Counted from the first letter of the stretch, positions 13,901 to 28,699 are shown. The stretch is DNA of 64,000 nucleotides from Lytechinus pictus (GCF_037042905.1 NC_087255.1:2170001-2234000); one strand, 5' to 3'. Numbers and translations are program-made. Notes: generated by a model from the sequence alone, not told the origin.

Positions 13901-14822
13901 TAGGAAGTATGAAAGCATGATTTTGAGGCGAAAATCATTGAAAAGGGTACTCCGTAAATTATTATATTTTGGGTGAAGGTCAGGTTGATTGCGAGGGGAG
14001 GTTTGTAACTGCGAAGCATTAAGCGTGTTAAGGGGTTGTTCGCTTCGACAACCAAGGCTGGCGCGCTTTTTTTTTTGGGGGGGGGGGGGGTGGTGGTAAT
14101 CGTCAGCCTCTATTCCTCATTGTCTGTGGGAAGCTATTTTTCTATTCAATCTTCGTCATACCTTCAGTCAATCAAGGTATACGGTTTCTTTTCTCTTGAT
14201 CAGCCAGTTGAATGAAGTTAGCTGCATTTGTGTGGCAAGATTGAGTTATACAGCTACTCGAAACAAAAATCGTTTTACATCTTTCCACGTCCATCAGGGT
14301 GAGACGAAAAGAGGGATTCGTCACAGCCGAAGACAGCATCAGTCTGTTGTTGGTGTCACTCCATTCTTCCACCACATCCAGTGGAAGTACACATACGTTT
14401 ATTGGTCTGCTGTTATCATAAGTGGGTTTTTTTCATTTTTATGATTTTGTTGTAGATATTTATTTCTTAAATCAACAATGATTACTTCTATCACCCCCAT
14501 ACAGTATTCCCTTGGCATACATGTATATCTGCGTCGCTGTAGATAGTTGTAAAGTATTGTAAAAATATTTACGAGATTGGCTATAAAAAGATGTTCAGCC
14601 TTTCCAAGCAAATTATTACGGTTACAAGAAGGGTTGCTGATGCTGACAAAAATAAATCTTTAAAGTGTTTATTGATATAGAAGTCTGATAGTCATGGTAT
14701 AGTAGAGTAAGGTGTATAGGCACTGGATACGGGTAGAGGCTTATTACTCTGCTTAATTTTTAAGATTGACCTCTCAATATTTGTAAGGTCCAGGTAGTCG
14801 AAAATGGCTTGGGCAAAATTAA

Positions 14823-15425
14823 AGGACAAGTCCACCCCAACAAAAACTTGATTCGAATAAAAAGAGAAAAATTCAACAAGCATAACACTGAAAATTTCAT
14901 CAAAATCGGATGTAAAATAAGAAAGTTATGACATTTTAAATTTTCGCTTCATTTCACAAAAGAGTTATATGCACATCCCGGTCGGTATGCAAATGAGGGA
15001 CCTGATGACATCACTCACTCACTATTTCTTTTGTATTTTATTATATGAATTATGAAATATTTTGATTTTCTCGTCATTGTCATGTGAAATGAAGTTTCAT
15101 TCCTCCCTGAATACGTGGAATTCCATTATTTTAACATTTTGTGGTTCAGGCAAGGAGGTCCTAATCGTCAAATTCGTAAAAATTGAAATATTGTATAATT
15201 CAAACAATAAAAAACAAAAGAAATAGTGAGTGAGTGACATCATCGACTCTCTAATTTGGATGTAACTGGCTCGTTCATATAACTATTTTGTTAAAAATAA
15301 GCGAAACTTTGAAATGTCAGAACTTTCTTATTTTACATCCGATTTTGATGAAATTTTCAGCATTGTGCTTGTCTGATTTTTCTCTATTGATTCAAATCAA
15401 CATTTTGTTGGAGTGGACTTGACCT
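14823..15425. mobile_element. Kolobok-like MITE (TTAA target)
   Basis: TTAA TSD (14819-14822, 15426-15429). TIR AGGACAAGTCCACCCCAACAAAA / TTTTGTTGGAGTGGACTTGACCT with long imperfect inverted arms. Same family as 41492-42095. Confidence 0.85.
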
Positions 15426-16101
15426 TTAAGAGAACGGGGACGGATTGGAGCAGCAGTATAATATAAGAACTATCAAATGGATTGATGTTTGCATTCCTAT
15501 TTGATTAAGTTAGACTTAAGTCACTTTTCTACCTTCCAAAAAAAGTCTTTTTAAATCTGTTTTGTTTTTACATGACTGAGGATTGGTGATGTGTAATCAC
15601 TTTATTTCTTTAAGCCAGTCATTTGGCTCAGATGGACGACACAAAAGAAAACGCCGTTTTACACATCAAAACATGTGAGCTATTCAGTTAAGAAATAGAG
15701 TACCAGACCGATGATATCTTTTGAAGGACGATAAGATACTATGTAGTGTCGCCCTTGATTGAATCCCGAAGATGAAAGCGTTTAGAAAGTGAAGGTTGGT
15801 GTGTATATACTATCTATGATTTCTTACATTTCCACTCGGTCGCCCTGTTCACTCGCATCGAGTATAGAGCCTCTTAATTACCCCCTTCTATGCACGATAG
15901 GAAAGTTGTTATTTGTATTACTTATTATGGAGCGTTGCGAGAATCTTACACCCAAGAACTCCCCAAACCGAGCGTAATGGGGGCAGTGCAAGAAAGGTGT
16001 GCCCGTTAAAAGCAGATTTACTGCAAATTTTTGTTCGATCAGTTTACTTTCCCTTGATTTGAACTTAAGTTTCTTGCAACGCGCCATTATTCTGTGTTTT
16101 C

Positions 16102-16143
<42 letters not shown>

Positions 16144-16567
16144 ACCAGCCTTCCTTTAACAGTTCAACCATGGAGCTATGGTTCAACATTTGGAAAGTAA
16201 GAATCTCCTATAGACTGAACTACTTGGGAAGGATGTCTGTAACCTTTAAGCGATATGAACCCTGGTCTCGCCGCCGAAAAGTACGCTCTAAATCCAGAAT
16301 GACATCCACTGTAAACAAATAAATCTAGGGTTTTTCTACAAGTAGGCTGGTAGATGCTGAACTCAAATCGCTTTTGATGTATCACTCCCCACATCCAGTT
16401 CAGACGGCATAATATGAAAAGGAAATCTTTGAAATATAACGTCCATTAAAGGCCTACCTTTCCTGTTTTTCTTCTGACTGCGGAGATTGTTTCAGAAGGG
16501 GGAGGTGTCTTCTGGAACGTCTTCAAATATTCATTAGCTATTTGAATTTCAAACAACGGGCGATCTG

Positions 16568-16696
16568 GGTCCCGTAACACAAAGGTTAGCGATTAATCGT
16601 ACGCTTGATTCTCACGATCAATTGTACATTGTAGTCAATGCAATCAATCGTAGAAAAATGTTCTACGATTATTGTCTAACTTTGTGTGACGGGCCC
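16568..16696. mobile_element. Short PIF/Harbinger-like MITE
   Basis: TIR GGTCCCGTAACACAAAG / CTTTGTGTGACGGGCCC, 3-bp CTG TSD on both sides. Confidence 0.8.
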
Positions 16697-18239
16697 CTGG
16701 TTAGGAGATGTTCTTAATCTCTGTTGCCAAACCATGCATTAAGTAGCTTTGCCAATTATGTATGAAACATTTGTATTAATAAGATAAAGTTGTTATTCAG
16801 TCCCCCAAGATTAATGTTCTAAATCTGTCATGTAGGACTATAGGGGACTACTATTGAAGATTTTATGAAAGACGAAATTGCAACGCTGAAATACATAGCA
16901 AATTGAACTTGACGTCGTCGACAAAGGATACACATTGTGAACTGTTTAGCTCTTTCCTAGGTTTCATTAGAAAATACTGATCCATGGCATCATTAAATAT
17001 TTTTATATGAGTGAAATATTGTGGAAAAAAACTCCATCCCTTCGCCCATTTTTTTTTACAATAAAACTGATAGTTGTTTTGAATGTATTTTTAGATTGTG
17101 GATGTTGTCTTTCACGGATTAAGTCTTGAAATGGATAAAGTCTTGAAATGGAGACAGAGACGGCCCTCTACGACGAGTATCGGGAAGATGAAGACTTGAT
17201 CATGTTGAAAGGGAAGAAAGGAAGCGATTAAAAGAGAATTACACAGTGGACATGATAACAATTCTGATGAAAGATGAAGTTAGTCTGCCAATATATATTC
17301 GTAATTAAAGATATGTCTGTGAGATTTGTTTGTCAATAATTCAGGGAAGCAATTTTTTTTCGGCGTCTGAATACTATATGAAAATCAAAAATGGCAACAA
17401 TATCGAGAATTAAACCCGTACGCTATTATATATTAGTTTATGGTTATTTAATCATTAATAGATCATTTACATTTTAAAGGGTGTAAACTCGATTTCCAGG
17501 CTGAATCTCGCGGAATCACCCATATGAAAACCTCATCTCATACAGCATATGTAATAAACATTTCTGATCGTTGATGACTAAATAATTAATCAGGAAAAAT
17601 CACTTTTGTTCGAGGGCAATTTGATGTTATTAATGCCCTCGTATGTTATCGATAAGTAAAAGGGAGATGATTATGTTGTCTGTGCTTAGTTTGAGCTTAA
17701 TGGTTAGCCTTTAACTGGCCTCTGGAGATTAAGATAAATGGAATGAAGACCCCTCGAGAGCTAGCTACGTCTTGCCCCATCTCAACCAACATGACCAATT
17801 GGATTGGATGCTTTATTTTCCTTCTTTTTCTCTTTGTTGCCTATTGCAATTTGTGTTTTATTGCTCCGGCGGAGCTGACTGACATTTGGACTGGATACAT
17901 CAGGGGCAATTATCTGAAGACACAAATCAACCGTCGTAAAAACAACATTTGCCACATTAACCCAAATATCGGGGCCCATCCAGCGAAGTGCACCGACGAT
18001 GTCTCAAGTCGTAGACCCACCACGACTTCACGAGCTTACCCGTGTCCACTATCTGGGTTAGCGACATCAACCATAGCGAGCAAGACGATCGGTGAACGTA
18101 CTGTTGGGTAGACGTTAACCAACGTCAGGAATGTTTTTATACAGGGTAGATTTACGGAATAGAGGAGACAAGCATGATAGGGTGTGTAGGGGGGGGGGAG
18201 AGTAAAGGAATAAGAGGGAAAATGGAAAAGGGGAAGTTA

Positions 18240-18335
18240 CAGAAAAGAGGAGAAGAAGAAGAAGAAGAATAAAGAAGAGGAAGAAGGAGAAGGAGGAGGA
18301 GGAGAAAAAGAAGGAGGAGTAGAAGAAGAAGGGGG
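18240..18335. repeat. GAA/GGA purine-rich simple repeat
   Basis: (GAA)n/(GGA)n run read directly. Confidence 0.85.
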
Positions 18336-19194
18336 AAGGGTGTCGATGAGAACGCGGAAGAGGAAGGACGGGGCGGGAAGCGGGGGAGGGGGTCGGTGTG
18401 GCACATTAATGTATACTATTTTCTTTTATCTCGTCTGACCCTGCAACTACTTCACGACCTGGTAATAAAAACATGATTAAGCTTAGCAGTTGCATTTCTA
18501 CGAATGATTGCATCGATTGTCAGCTCCATTGTCATTTACGAAGCTTTATCATATAAAGGGGGCTGATCATGCCCTCCTCTACCACCCAAAGCCCCCATTT
18601 TCACATTCTCATTCCAGTACAACTGATGTAGAGGAGGTTGATAGCTTGACCAACGGTTCAGGCGCCATGTGTTAACTTACAGAGATGGTTTGGGTTTCGG
18701 CAGGGCTGGGACGGGGCAGGAACATGGTTGTTTGTTTTCTTTAGGGTTTTTCCGGTAACCTTTATTAATAAGATATCCTTACAGTGTAAAAATAATGTAA
18801 TACAAACAATCCTAGCACGTTATCACGGAGCATCTTGTATGTGCCTCATATGTTGTGCGTGCCATGAAAATCGTCCCTGATGTCTATTTCAATATTTATA
18901 AGTCATTTCTGGATTGTATTCCCTTCAAAGGAGCCCTTCTAAGATGGTCCCAAGTGACATAATGGCCTACTGACCGATAACAACTGAAAAAAAATTATCC
19001 CATAATTCGAGCAGGTAGAATGCTACCTACAAAGTCATACTGGTATTGATTTGAGAGAATAAATATATGCAATATAGTAGCGTTTGAATCAAACATTGTT
19101 TTAACTGATGATGATACTTGGTTGAAATTCATGCTTTAATTACGAAAGAAAAAATCATGTTACCAATTAGAACCAGAAAAAAAACTTTATCGTC

Positions 19195-19500
19195 GACTAT
19201 ACCTACTGCTNNNNNNNNNNNNNNNNNNNNNNNNNNNNNNNNNNNNNNNNNNNNNNNNNNNNNNNNNNNNNNNNNNNNNNNNNNNNNNNNNNNNNNNNNN
19301 NNNNNNNNNNNNNNNNNNNNNNNNNNNNNNNNNNNNNNNNNNNNNNNNNNNNNNNNNNNNNNNNNNNNNNNNNNNNNNNNNNNNNNNNNNNNNNCTACTA
19401 TTACTAATTATAGTACTACTACTGCTACTATTATTACTGCTACCACTACTATTACTACTACTACTACTACTTCTTCTTCTGCTGCTGCTGCAGCTTCTGC
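19195..19500. repeat. (CTA)n microsatellite with assembly gap
   Basis: CTA/CTG/CTT triplets flank an N run. Confidence 0.85.
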
Positions 19501-22500
19501 TTCTTTCCCTGTATACTTCTATCATTATCGCTGCGTCTACGATGCCACCACTATACGACCACTACTTCTACATCTACTACTGATAATGATTGTAGTATTA
19601 GTGATATTCTAGGAATTTAGTACTGGAAAGTTATGATGATGATAATAATAATAATAGGTATTTATATAGCGCCATCTATATAGAAAAATAATCTATTCCG
19701 AGGCGCATTGTTATTTTTACCCCGATTAGGGTACTTCGATCCTAAAAGCGTCCGATGTTTGCATACCTCCCATGGGGGGGGGGAGGGGGGGGGGGGCAGA
19801 ATAGTCAACGAACATTTCAAACACCTGTTTGAACTGTGAACAACTGCATTATTCATACCGTAAAAGGCGTAAACAGCCCCGTGTAAAACTTTTAAACAGC
19901 ATACTGCGCAGAAAACAAGCGAGTGTATACACTTTGTACCAAAAATTATTTTAAATGGTTAGGATAAATGACAAAATAAAATAAAGAAAAATCCTCTGTA
20001 CATGTTTGTTTATGGATAGTAAGGAATAATGCAATTAATATTATTCAGAGTGTGGCTAGTTCAAGAGTAACTGTTAGGGAGTAACTATTGGCTGTAGATG
20101 CACGTCCGGTTTAGGATTAGAAACTTTCTACTTGAAATGAGAATCGATTTATTAGATTTAGAATAAAATGAAGTCGTGTAACGGGGATAGAGTTTCATTT
20201 GTCTTTGGAAACAGGTAGATTGATTAGAAGACCACCGCATTGCCGTTCCTCTCCTATCATACTCAGTTTGACAATAGACGAGCAGACCTGTGCCCACAAA
20301 TTGCAAGCTGTCTAATAGATTGATACAAGATATTCCCCTTTTTAACCCGAGCGAAAAATGAATGACTTCTGTTTGATGAAATGACCATGAGTTGTCTAAA
20401 GTCTTTAACTCTATTTTTTCAAAAAAAAAAGAAACATCCACTGCTCTCCTTTCTCTCTGTCTCTCTGTATCTATCTTTCTCTTTCTCCGTGTATCACTTT
20501 GTCTCTCTTTGTCCTAGTTTCTCCCATTCTCTGTGGACGTCTCCCTACCCTCTCTCTCCCACTTCTCTACCCCGGACTCTCCTCTATATCTCGTGTGTAT
20601 AGTGATTGGTAATGCGATACAGCAAACGTATGAGCCTCCAGAGATGGATTGCCCCCATTTCTGAAAATTACAAATCACAACATTATTGCGTCTGGCCTGG
20701 GGAGGGAGAGGGGATGGCACAAAGTGGGACAAATCACGTGGGTGGACAGACCTTACCTTTAAAGAGAGAATCTCCATCATCTATTTCAAAAGAATCTACA
20801 ATAAAAGAATGCTCCGAGCGAGAGGAACACGCCGGTTCAGGATATCATTCGAATCGGCAGAATCATTTAAATAGATCGTCTTTACTTTGGTATACATGAA
20901 ATTTATGAAAGATTTTAATCTTTCCAACCCTAGATACATGTAGCTGTGTTCGAAATGACCACTCATTCCATTTTACATTTCAAGTGGGAGTGAACAAGAG
21001 GAGGTAAATTGAATGAATATATTCATCGAATGTCTTATTTGCATTATACTGTGAAATGTTCTGAACTGTAGATTCATCTTCGTTTGGTGAATTTTGAACA
21101 ATCTCTTGCAAGTTGATTCTTTGATCAGCTTGATTGAAGATTTGTCTGCAGGTCTATATTAGATGAGCTTTGAGTTGCAATAGACCAGTAATGCCCCCAT
21201 TATACGCAATTTGCTTCTGTCTCCATTTTCCCTATTCTTTGAAAAATTATAAATTGAGTGTAAACGATTTTTTTTTACATTTTCATTCCTTTTCCTCACC
21301 ACAATTTATGTACATCTTAAAAAATACCCCTCTAAAATTATTTCCCCCCTTTTTGACGGGGATGGAATTATTATCCTCGATGTAATTGAAAGGTGTTCTA
21401 TTGTCGTGATTGTGTTTGTGTATATATGACACATCTTAGCCATTGAAGGTCAACTTTCTGAATTTGTCCATACTGAAATATTAATAAATTATGAATGAAT
21501 GAAATGATAAACGAATTAGTCAATAAATTGATACATGAATAAATTGAATAAATAGATAAGCACTTAAATAGATGAATAGATAATTTAATGAATATCTCGA
21601 TAATAGAGCTTTGAAGAAAAATATTCTAGTGTATCTTTAAGGTCTTACAGGGGGTGTATATTATCGCAAATCTGACGTATCTAGAGCGCGCAGTATACCG
21701 TACGGCATAGAAACATGTTTTGCCTATTTGAATCCAATAAATCAGACATAACTTTGAACTTCTGCGGGATGCGATCTCTTTTCTTTCAATCTATTATTAT
21801 AGCCATGCACTTTTCCGTGGGGCAGTCAGTCCACATTTCCTCTCGGCTACTAATTCATTCCAATTAATCACTGCAATCCAACGGCCGTATTTGATAGATC
21901 TTGGGCCTTGTTTCAATTCAGGTCTCATAATTCTAAGATTAGGGGCTTCGAAGAAAGTTAACACTTGCTTTCGTTTGCTTCTGTCCTCAGCTGGGATTCG
22001 AGAATTTAGGTTAGGGCTTATTTTTTATCCAGTCGCAATCTCAGAAGTCCAGTTTTTAAAAAGGTTCACGGGGGACTTGACTTGTTAAGCATTTAACATT
22101 CTTAATATAAATCAACTAATAAATTTGCTTGGGGTGATACCTATCCTGTGGGGTTATAGGATTCATTTTGTTAAGCTTTGAGTATTCGTAAATCCAGTAA
22201 TAAATTGCCGTTTTCTTTAATTTGATTGTTTTATTTTGACAAAAAGTAACACTGTAAATGAAGACTGTCTAGACTCGACATGCTCGATGCTATATTTGAA
22301 AGGGAACGATACATTCGAAGATTATACATACTTTTTCATGATCAAGTAAGTGAGTTGAGTAGGATTAAAGGATTAGTCTCTCACGTCTCGTTTGTAATCA
22401 ATCCATCAATTAATCGTGAAAGTTCGATTACAAAGTCGGTCAAATCTGCAGTTCATGTCTCATTTATAAGTAGGTCACGTTGAAATCGTCGTAAGGTTAT

Positions 22501-22877
22501 ACAATGGTTAATGTTTCTCATGTTACTGCCAAATTTGTGTTGATAATTTTAATATATATGTAATGGTGGTGATTTTTACCTAGTTGCGAAGGAAGCATAC
22601 TCGTAAAGTATTGTTACCATTGGCCTTTAATTATTTTGTCGCTGATCTTGTATTCCTCAATTACGACATCAGTCAAGATTCCATATCGTATCATAGAACC
22701 TGTAACATGGTGCCTGCCCCCGTATTAAGACGATCCATTGTCCGCCTTTTTTCAGAAGTGGACCCTTGATTTATTACATTAAGTTTCCAATATTTGTAAG
22801 AGACAAATTGGTGATAGCAAGATAGCCCTTTACCATCTCAGTCCCATTCCGATATCTATATGTTAATAATAATATTA

Positions 22878-23160
22878 ATTATAATAATAATGTGGTCCAT
22901 TTATATAGCGCAGCTACTAGAATTGCATATACTCTACTGCGCTAGATACTTGGTATCATATTACTACCCCGGCTGTAGCTGAACCGCCATATAGGCGCTA
23001 AAGCATTCAAGGAATGAATCATACCGGGTACCCATTCCCCTCACCTGGGTCGATTGCAGCACAGTGTGGGTACATTTCTTGCTGAAGGAAAGCACGCCAT
23101 TGCTGGGATTCGAACCCACGTCCCTCTGATTAAAAGACAAGAATCGTAACCACTAGACGC
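22878..23160 (-). mobile_element. tRNA-derived SINE
   Basis: Minus strand: A-box-like TCTAGTGG, B box GGTTCGAATCC, conserved core CCCAGGTGAGGGGAATGGGTACC, (TTA)n tail. Homologous to 35576-35860 and 62674-62988. Confidence 0.85.
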
Positions 23161-23867
23161 CCCCCACGACGCCCTCACGTTATGTTACTACCGCTATTTT
23201 ATCCGAGAGGGCGCTTGCCATCCTGTCATAGGTGCGCCATCTCTTGTCATGGATCTCCATTGAGTTACAGTGTTACGGGTGACACTGGCCTTCTGCTTGA
23301 CACCACCCAAGACGTGTAAGACCCCTGGTTGACAGTGAGGACGATCCCATAAAAAACAACAGTGATCATGGTGAAAGTTTGCTTGTTGGAGTCGTGGAAC
23401 TGTAGTTCAATGTTGACAGATATCCTATACGCTACGTTGAGAGGCTAATATTTGAATGCCGTAAACACGGGTTTCAGCTTACGCATCGCTAACGTCCCGA
23501 TGATGTTATGTTATAGAGTCACGGAGGCCATGTCAGGTTTATGTGGCAATTGGGGCGGAGGGAAGCATAGGGGCATACCATCTTGTCTCGTACCTTATAT
23601 TATTGTAACACAGAAGATCGGATGGATGCAGCTCATGATAAAGACATCAATGTCATTATGAGAGAATATCAGGAGAGAGCTATGTCGAATGTTTTCTTTG
23701 TCAATGGTCAAGACTCATGTCAAGACCAAATTGTCACATTTCTGTCACATATCCAAACTACCTTCAATAATGGTTTACATAGTAATTACTTTTGAATATA
23801 TTCACAATATTCATTTATCTTTTCTTGACCCACATCTTTCCCCTCTCCCAACCCTTACCTGATACAG

Positions 23868-23947
23868 GTCGCAACTTGAACGAAGATGCTTTGAAGAAAG
23901 CCTTTAACAATCTACTGGAAGGGCAGGACGAGACTATGGCTCACTGA
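23868..23947 (+). CDS. ZNG1: Terminal coding exon of ZNG1/CBWD
   Basis: Pyrimidine tract + CAG acceptor at 23865-23867. The phase-1 junction with the 2570-2696 exon rebuilds G|GT and reads GRNLNEDALKKAFNNLLEGQDETMAH*, completing the CobW_C 'VFIGRNLD' motif. Stop TGA at 23945-23947. Confidence 0.9.
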
Positions 23948-24025
23948 CATCCACGCTTCACCATTGGTCATTAGTTACCCTCAACGTCGCTTCTTTTAAT
24001 GTCATCTACAAGACAATTCCTAGAC

Positions 24026-24218
24026 CAGGGGGCGGTTTCATAAAGCTGTTCGTAAGATAAGAGCGACTTTAAGAACGACTGGTGATCCTTTCTTGTGGTA
24101 AATGATGTTCACCATTATATATTCATTGGTGATTATTTTATTAGCGCATAAGAAAGGTTCACCAGTCGTTCTTAAAGTCACTCTTAACTTACGAACAGCT
24201 TTATGAAACACCCACCTG
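24026..24218. mobile_element. MITE in the putative ZNG1 3' UTR
   Basis: ~65-bp inverted arms (GTTTCATAAAGCTGTTCGTAAG..AAGAACGACTGGTGA). Starts 79 bp after the stop codon. Same family as 4679-4843. Confidence 0.85.
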
Positions 24219-26435
24219 TGCTACAAAGAGTATAGCAATTTAATATTGTTCTCACGAATACGATACTGACGAAAGTCACTGACGACAAATTAATAGCCGC
24301 ATATCTGTGTGGCAGCGGTGGGCTATTTCATAAGGCTGTTCGTAAAGCTACAGGTCACTTTAGGACGAGATTCTGAACTACCTAATTGTGAACCTACATT
24401 TGTTTTCCTTCAGCTTTAAAGTGTGAATATTTTTCAAATAATCTCGTCTGAAATGTGGCAAACGATTGATTCGCATTAAGAAATTTATGTTAATAGTGTT
24501 ATCATATTCCAACTCTTGCTTTTGCGATTTAATATAAATAAAGGCCTGCGTGGCCTGCCATAATCCAGTCTTTCTCAAAGTTATGTGTAAATTTACAAAC
24601 GATGCCCCGAATCCTTGTTATGGGAACTATATCTCGGTTATTTCAAATTATCAACCATGTTTGAATAACTGTCGCCCCAGATAATGTCGTTGCATAACTT
24701 GTGAAGGAGGTATGGATTCATGTAACTATCGTCAGGAATTAAAGAAGGAACATTGTCCTCAGAGTTTACGTGGATCGTAGCAATGGTTGGAGATGCAGGA
24801 TTAGAAGTTTTAATAAGTCCCTTCATTCAAAAGTCAACAAAGTGTGCGCGATTCGCCTTCTATTTATTTTATGCCCTTCGTTCGCACGACAAACGTGACT
24901 CTCTTTGGCCATTACCCCCGTTTCACAAAACTTATCAGTACGTTTATATTTTCCTCATACATAACAGCAGTTGTTCATGGTCAATCAAATTTTGGTGAAT
25001 TATAACAATTTCTTGTAATTTTTCATTGCATCATGTTTTGTGAAGCAGGGTCCATGATGCAGTATAGACCAAGTGTAACCAGGGAAGTCCCATTTCCCTG
25101 GTATATAACCTACTTCAACATGCATTTGCATACCTAATACTATGAATTTCACAATCGATAATCTCCCATCATCTGATCATGTTCAAATAACAAGTAATAT
25201 GCAATGAAATTAGGGGTAGGAAAAGATAGTGTTAATCAAGATACGACAAGAAAAACATGTATTTATTTCTTAATTATGTTCTAAAATTCCCCTTTTTTTT
25301 TCATTTTCTTTGACAATGTTTTGGGAACTGCGCTTACACAAGGCCACTTGGCTTTATTTATGCAGTTCCCCATTTCATTTTTACTCTTGCTTGTAAATAT
25401 ATTGTTTATCATACCTTGCTTTATAATTGTTTTTATCGAGAATGAAATAAATGCAAATTGAATTGAATTGAAAAAAAAACACAATGAAGGTTATACATGC
25501 TATACAAGAAAGATGAAACCTTGCCGCATTCCACAGAAATGTAGACTAAATTCGTATCAAGTCTATACTTAAATCTGTTATTGCTTTCAAAGAAAAATAC
25601 ACAAGAGGTTTTGATTTGCAGCAGCATGATCAAGTATCCCATGGAAAATGATATTTTTCCATCATCTGCCGGGTGTACTTTGAACGCTTCGACTTATTTT
25701 CAGGACTAAATACCATAAATAAATATTTATTCATGTCAATTCAGCACAATCTTCTCCATCATTGTATCTTATGAAACAAACCATTTTGATAAAATAACAA
25801 TTACTCAATGGTTTGAGCTATGGACCATTAGAAGGGCAATGACCCGATAGGTCGCACACCGAAGCTCTAATAGCCCCATGGGAATATTCGTTTAGTATTA
25901 ACTCAAATGTATACGTTCATTAAGTCAAATTACTGAAGGTAAGCGAAGGAGGGTGATTAAATCATTGATGTCTAACGTTATTTGGATATTTTCTCACTTG
26001 TGTTCATCGATAGGAACCCCTGATTACTTCAATATTTTATTCTGCAGCATTGTATAAGCACAGTGAGACAGATTCAGTCATTATTGTACCCCATTCATGG
26101 CCTTCCCTCAAAGACCAGACTGACCAAGCGAACCCTAGCCATGATCTGTAATAGCTCCATGCTTTATACCCTATCCATAAATATTGGGAATAGTGCGTCC
26201 ATTCTATTTGTCATGAATGTAATATATACAAATGTGTTACATATGCGTGATTATTTCTGATGAATAAAGACTTTTATAGAAAATAAACATATTTATCTTG
26301 TAAATAGTATGTGGGTCGTCAATTATTTTGTGTTTCTTGGCATCTTTCTCTTCCATTTGTGACAAATATATCGATCCTGCGCATTGTAGTTCAATTCCCG
26401 ACACATCGAAGTCAATATTTGGCACCATAGTGTTA

Positions 26436-26620
26436 TATGATGATGATGATGATCAGGATGGTGGTTATGATAATGATCAGGATGATGATAATGTTGATGA
26501 TGATTGTCATGATTGTGATGATGATGATGATGATGATGGAGGTGGTGGTGATGTTGATATTGGTGGTGTTGATGACGGTGATGGTGAAGATGATATAATG
26601 GAGTACGATGGTGAACAATA
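26436..26620. repeat. (GAT/GGT)n microsatellite
   Basis: Degenerate GAT triplet run producing the poly-Asp pseudo-ORF. Confidence 0.85.
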
Positions 26621-28699
26621 ACATAAGTTTATTATTCTTGCTGACTTGTTGATTTATTCATATTTGTCATCTCATTTGTAAACTCCATTTCCTTGTAAGC
26701 ATTATTTTGTATTTGTAATGCACCAGTGAAAGGCAAATTTCCCGTCAGGGGATAACAAAGTTATCAATTATGAATTATTATTATTAAGACACAGCAATAG
26801 ATAATTTAATGTAACTATATAAGAATAGATCAAAAAGATTTGTTTTCAAGAAGAAAAGAAGACACCCACCGCCCCTCCCCACTTTCACTAGCCTTTGTTT
26901 AAATCATCCTCTCAAATATATTTTCATGAAACTCGTAAGAAGTTTGAAATACCTGTCCAAATTATGGACAGGTACCTGTAAAATGAGTTCATTGTTTGAA
27001 ATGTATACATGGCTAAATGCATCCAGTACCTACACTGATCATCATAAAAAAGGGTAATAGGAGATTTTTATGAGAATCATAAATCAAAAATCGAGGCAAT
27101 ATTTTTACAGATCGCCCACTGTTGGCGAATAAATTACTGTGGATACCGGTAACCTTGTTCGAAGCGAGCGATTTATGATTGGAGAAAATATGGCGCGAAC
27201 ATCTTGAATTGTGATCAAAACGCCACCATACTCAAGGTGAAGAACATAAATACCTCATCCACTGGGTCCCCCATTGGTATGGTATTAGTCTCAATATTTG
27301 AACCGCTGACATTAAAGTTACGATAACCAGACAATCTTTATTTAATTCATCAATGGGTTGAGGGCATGCAGCAGGGGCGTCTACTTCCATATAACAACAC
27401 CCCCCCCCCAAAAAAAGAGAGCTTATAGGGCACATGGCAAACATCGGGGGAAAACATTTCGTAAGTGTTTGCTAATAACCGTAACAGTGCTGTTTTTGTG
27501 ACGTTTGGGTTCTAGGCCTATATTGGAACTTAAACGATATAGGGTTCAAAATGTTAATATCTACGAAACTTTTAGGCTTAATCATTGTAGAAAAAACGGA
27601 GATTTGATATGAATATAGCTTCCTGGAAATTGTATTTGGCAAATCCTGATATGATTATTTGAGAATGAGCCAAAATATATAAAGGACTATTTTTTTCGCA
27701 AAAGAGATAGAGGGTCATTTAAAAAATGAATTAAACAGAGGACCTACTACACATGAATAGGGGGAATGCGTCAACATCAAAGAAAAATGACATAAGAAAT
27801 TTGATATTTTTGTTTGATTATTAGGTCAAAACCTATCCAGTACTTCATTATTTCTTTTTAAAGGCCAAAATATTGCTCGCTCTTAGCTTTTCATAAATTT
27901 TGCTCTAGTGACGGCATTTGTTCCCCACTGAGTAAAAACAGGGAGTTCTATCTCCCAACTCCCTGGTGAAAGGGTCTACATGTAAATTCTAACTATCACC
28001 GTGTTTGATCAAGGGGTGTGACGATGGGGTCCCTAACGTCACGACCCGATATTTCTATACACCGGTCATTAAAACCCTGGTAGGTCGTAAAATAGAAGGT
28101 AAGCACCACAAAATATAAAAAAGATTGGACGATGGTCAGTATAGATGACCGATGTGCATGTCCGCTCCAAGATTTATGTCTACAGGGTCGAATGTTGACA
28201 AATTTTGAGATGATTTACATGATAGGTTTTGGTACAATTGTAAATAAAAGATGACGTTCAAGGTCGCATTGCTTTTGAAAGGCTTTTGGCTAAGATTTCG
28301 TTTGGCAGTGAACGTGGCATAAAATGGAGCAATAAGACTGGAATTTTGAAGTGGTACGGCATGGCGTATGTGCATGAGGGAACAAAACCAGTCTCGATCT
28401 TTTAAAATGAAAATGGATTTTGACCTAATGTTCAGAAAAATATTTTCATATTTCACGCTTTTCCTTTCCATATTTTGGTCATGGAACTGAAAGGGGTAGA
28501 GTACGCCACCCACATACACCTATATACACCAGATAATATGGAGATATATAATGTAGGGGTATTAAGTGAAAAGGTCAATCCTACAAGTAAAGTTAGCGCG
28601 CATTCTAACATGATCGACTCACTCGTTTTCACATCACCCTTAGCAAGTACATCACTTGTAATGTGCCGTTTCAAATTATAAATGTTATGCTCGAGAATC

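Larger units (their letters stand above)
2697..23867 (+). other. ~21.2-kb last intron of ZNG1/CBWD
   Basis: GT...AG boundaries between two phase-compatible exons whose joined translation is contiguous with the CobW_C consensus. Confidence 0.85.

Noticed and set aside
26328-26621. Acidic poly-Asp protein; likewise poly-Thr/Val/Leu ORFs at 19118, 28453, 53681 and 60685
   Set aside because: Translations of trinucleotide microsatellites, several spanning N gaps.
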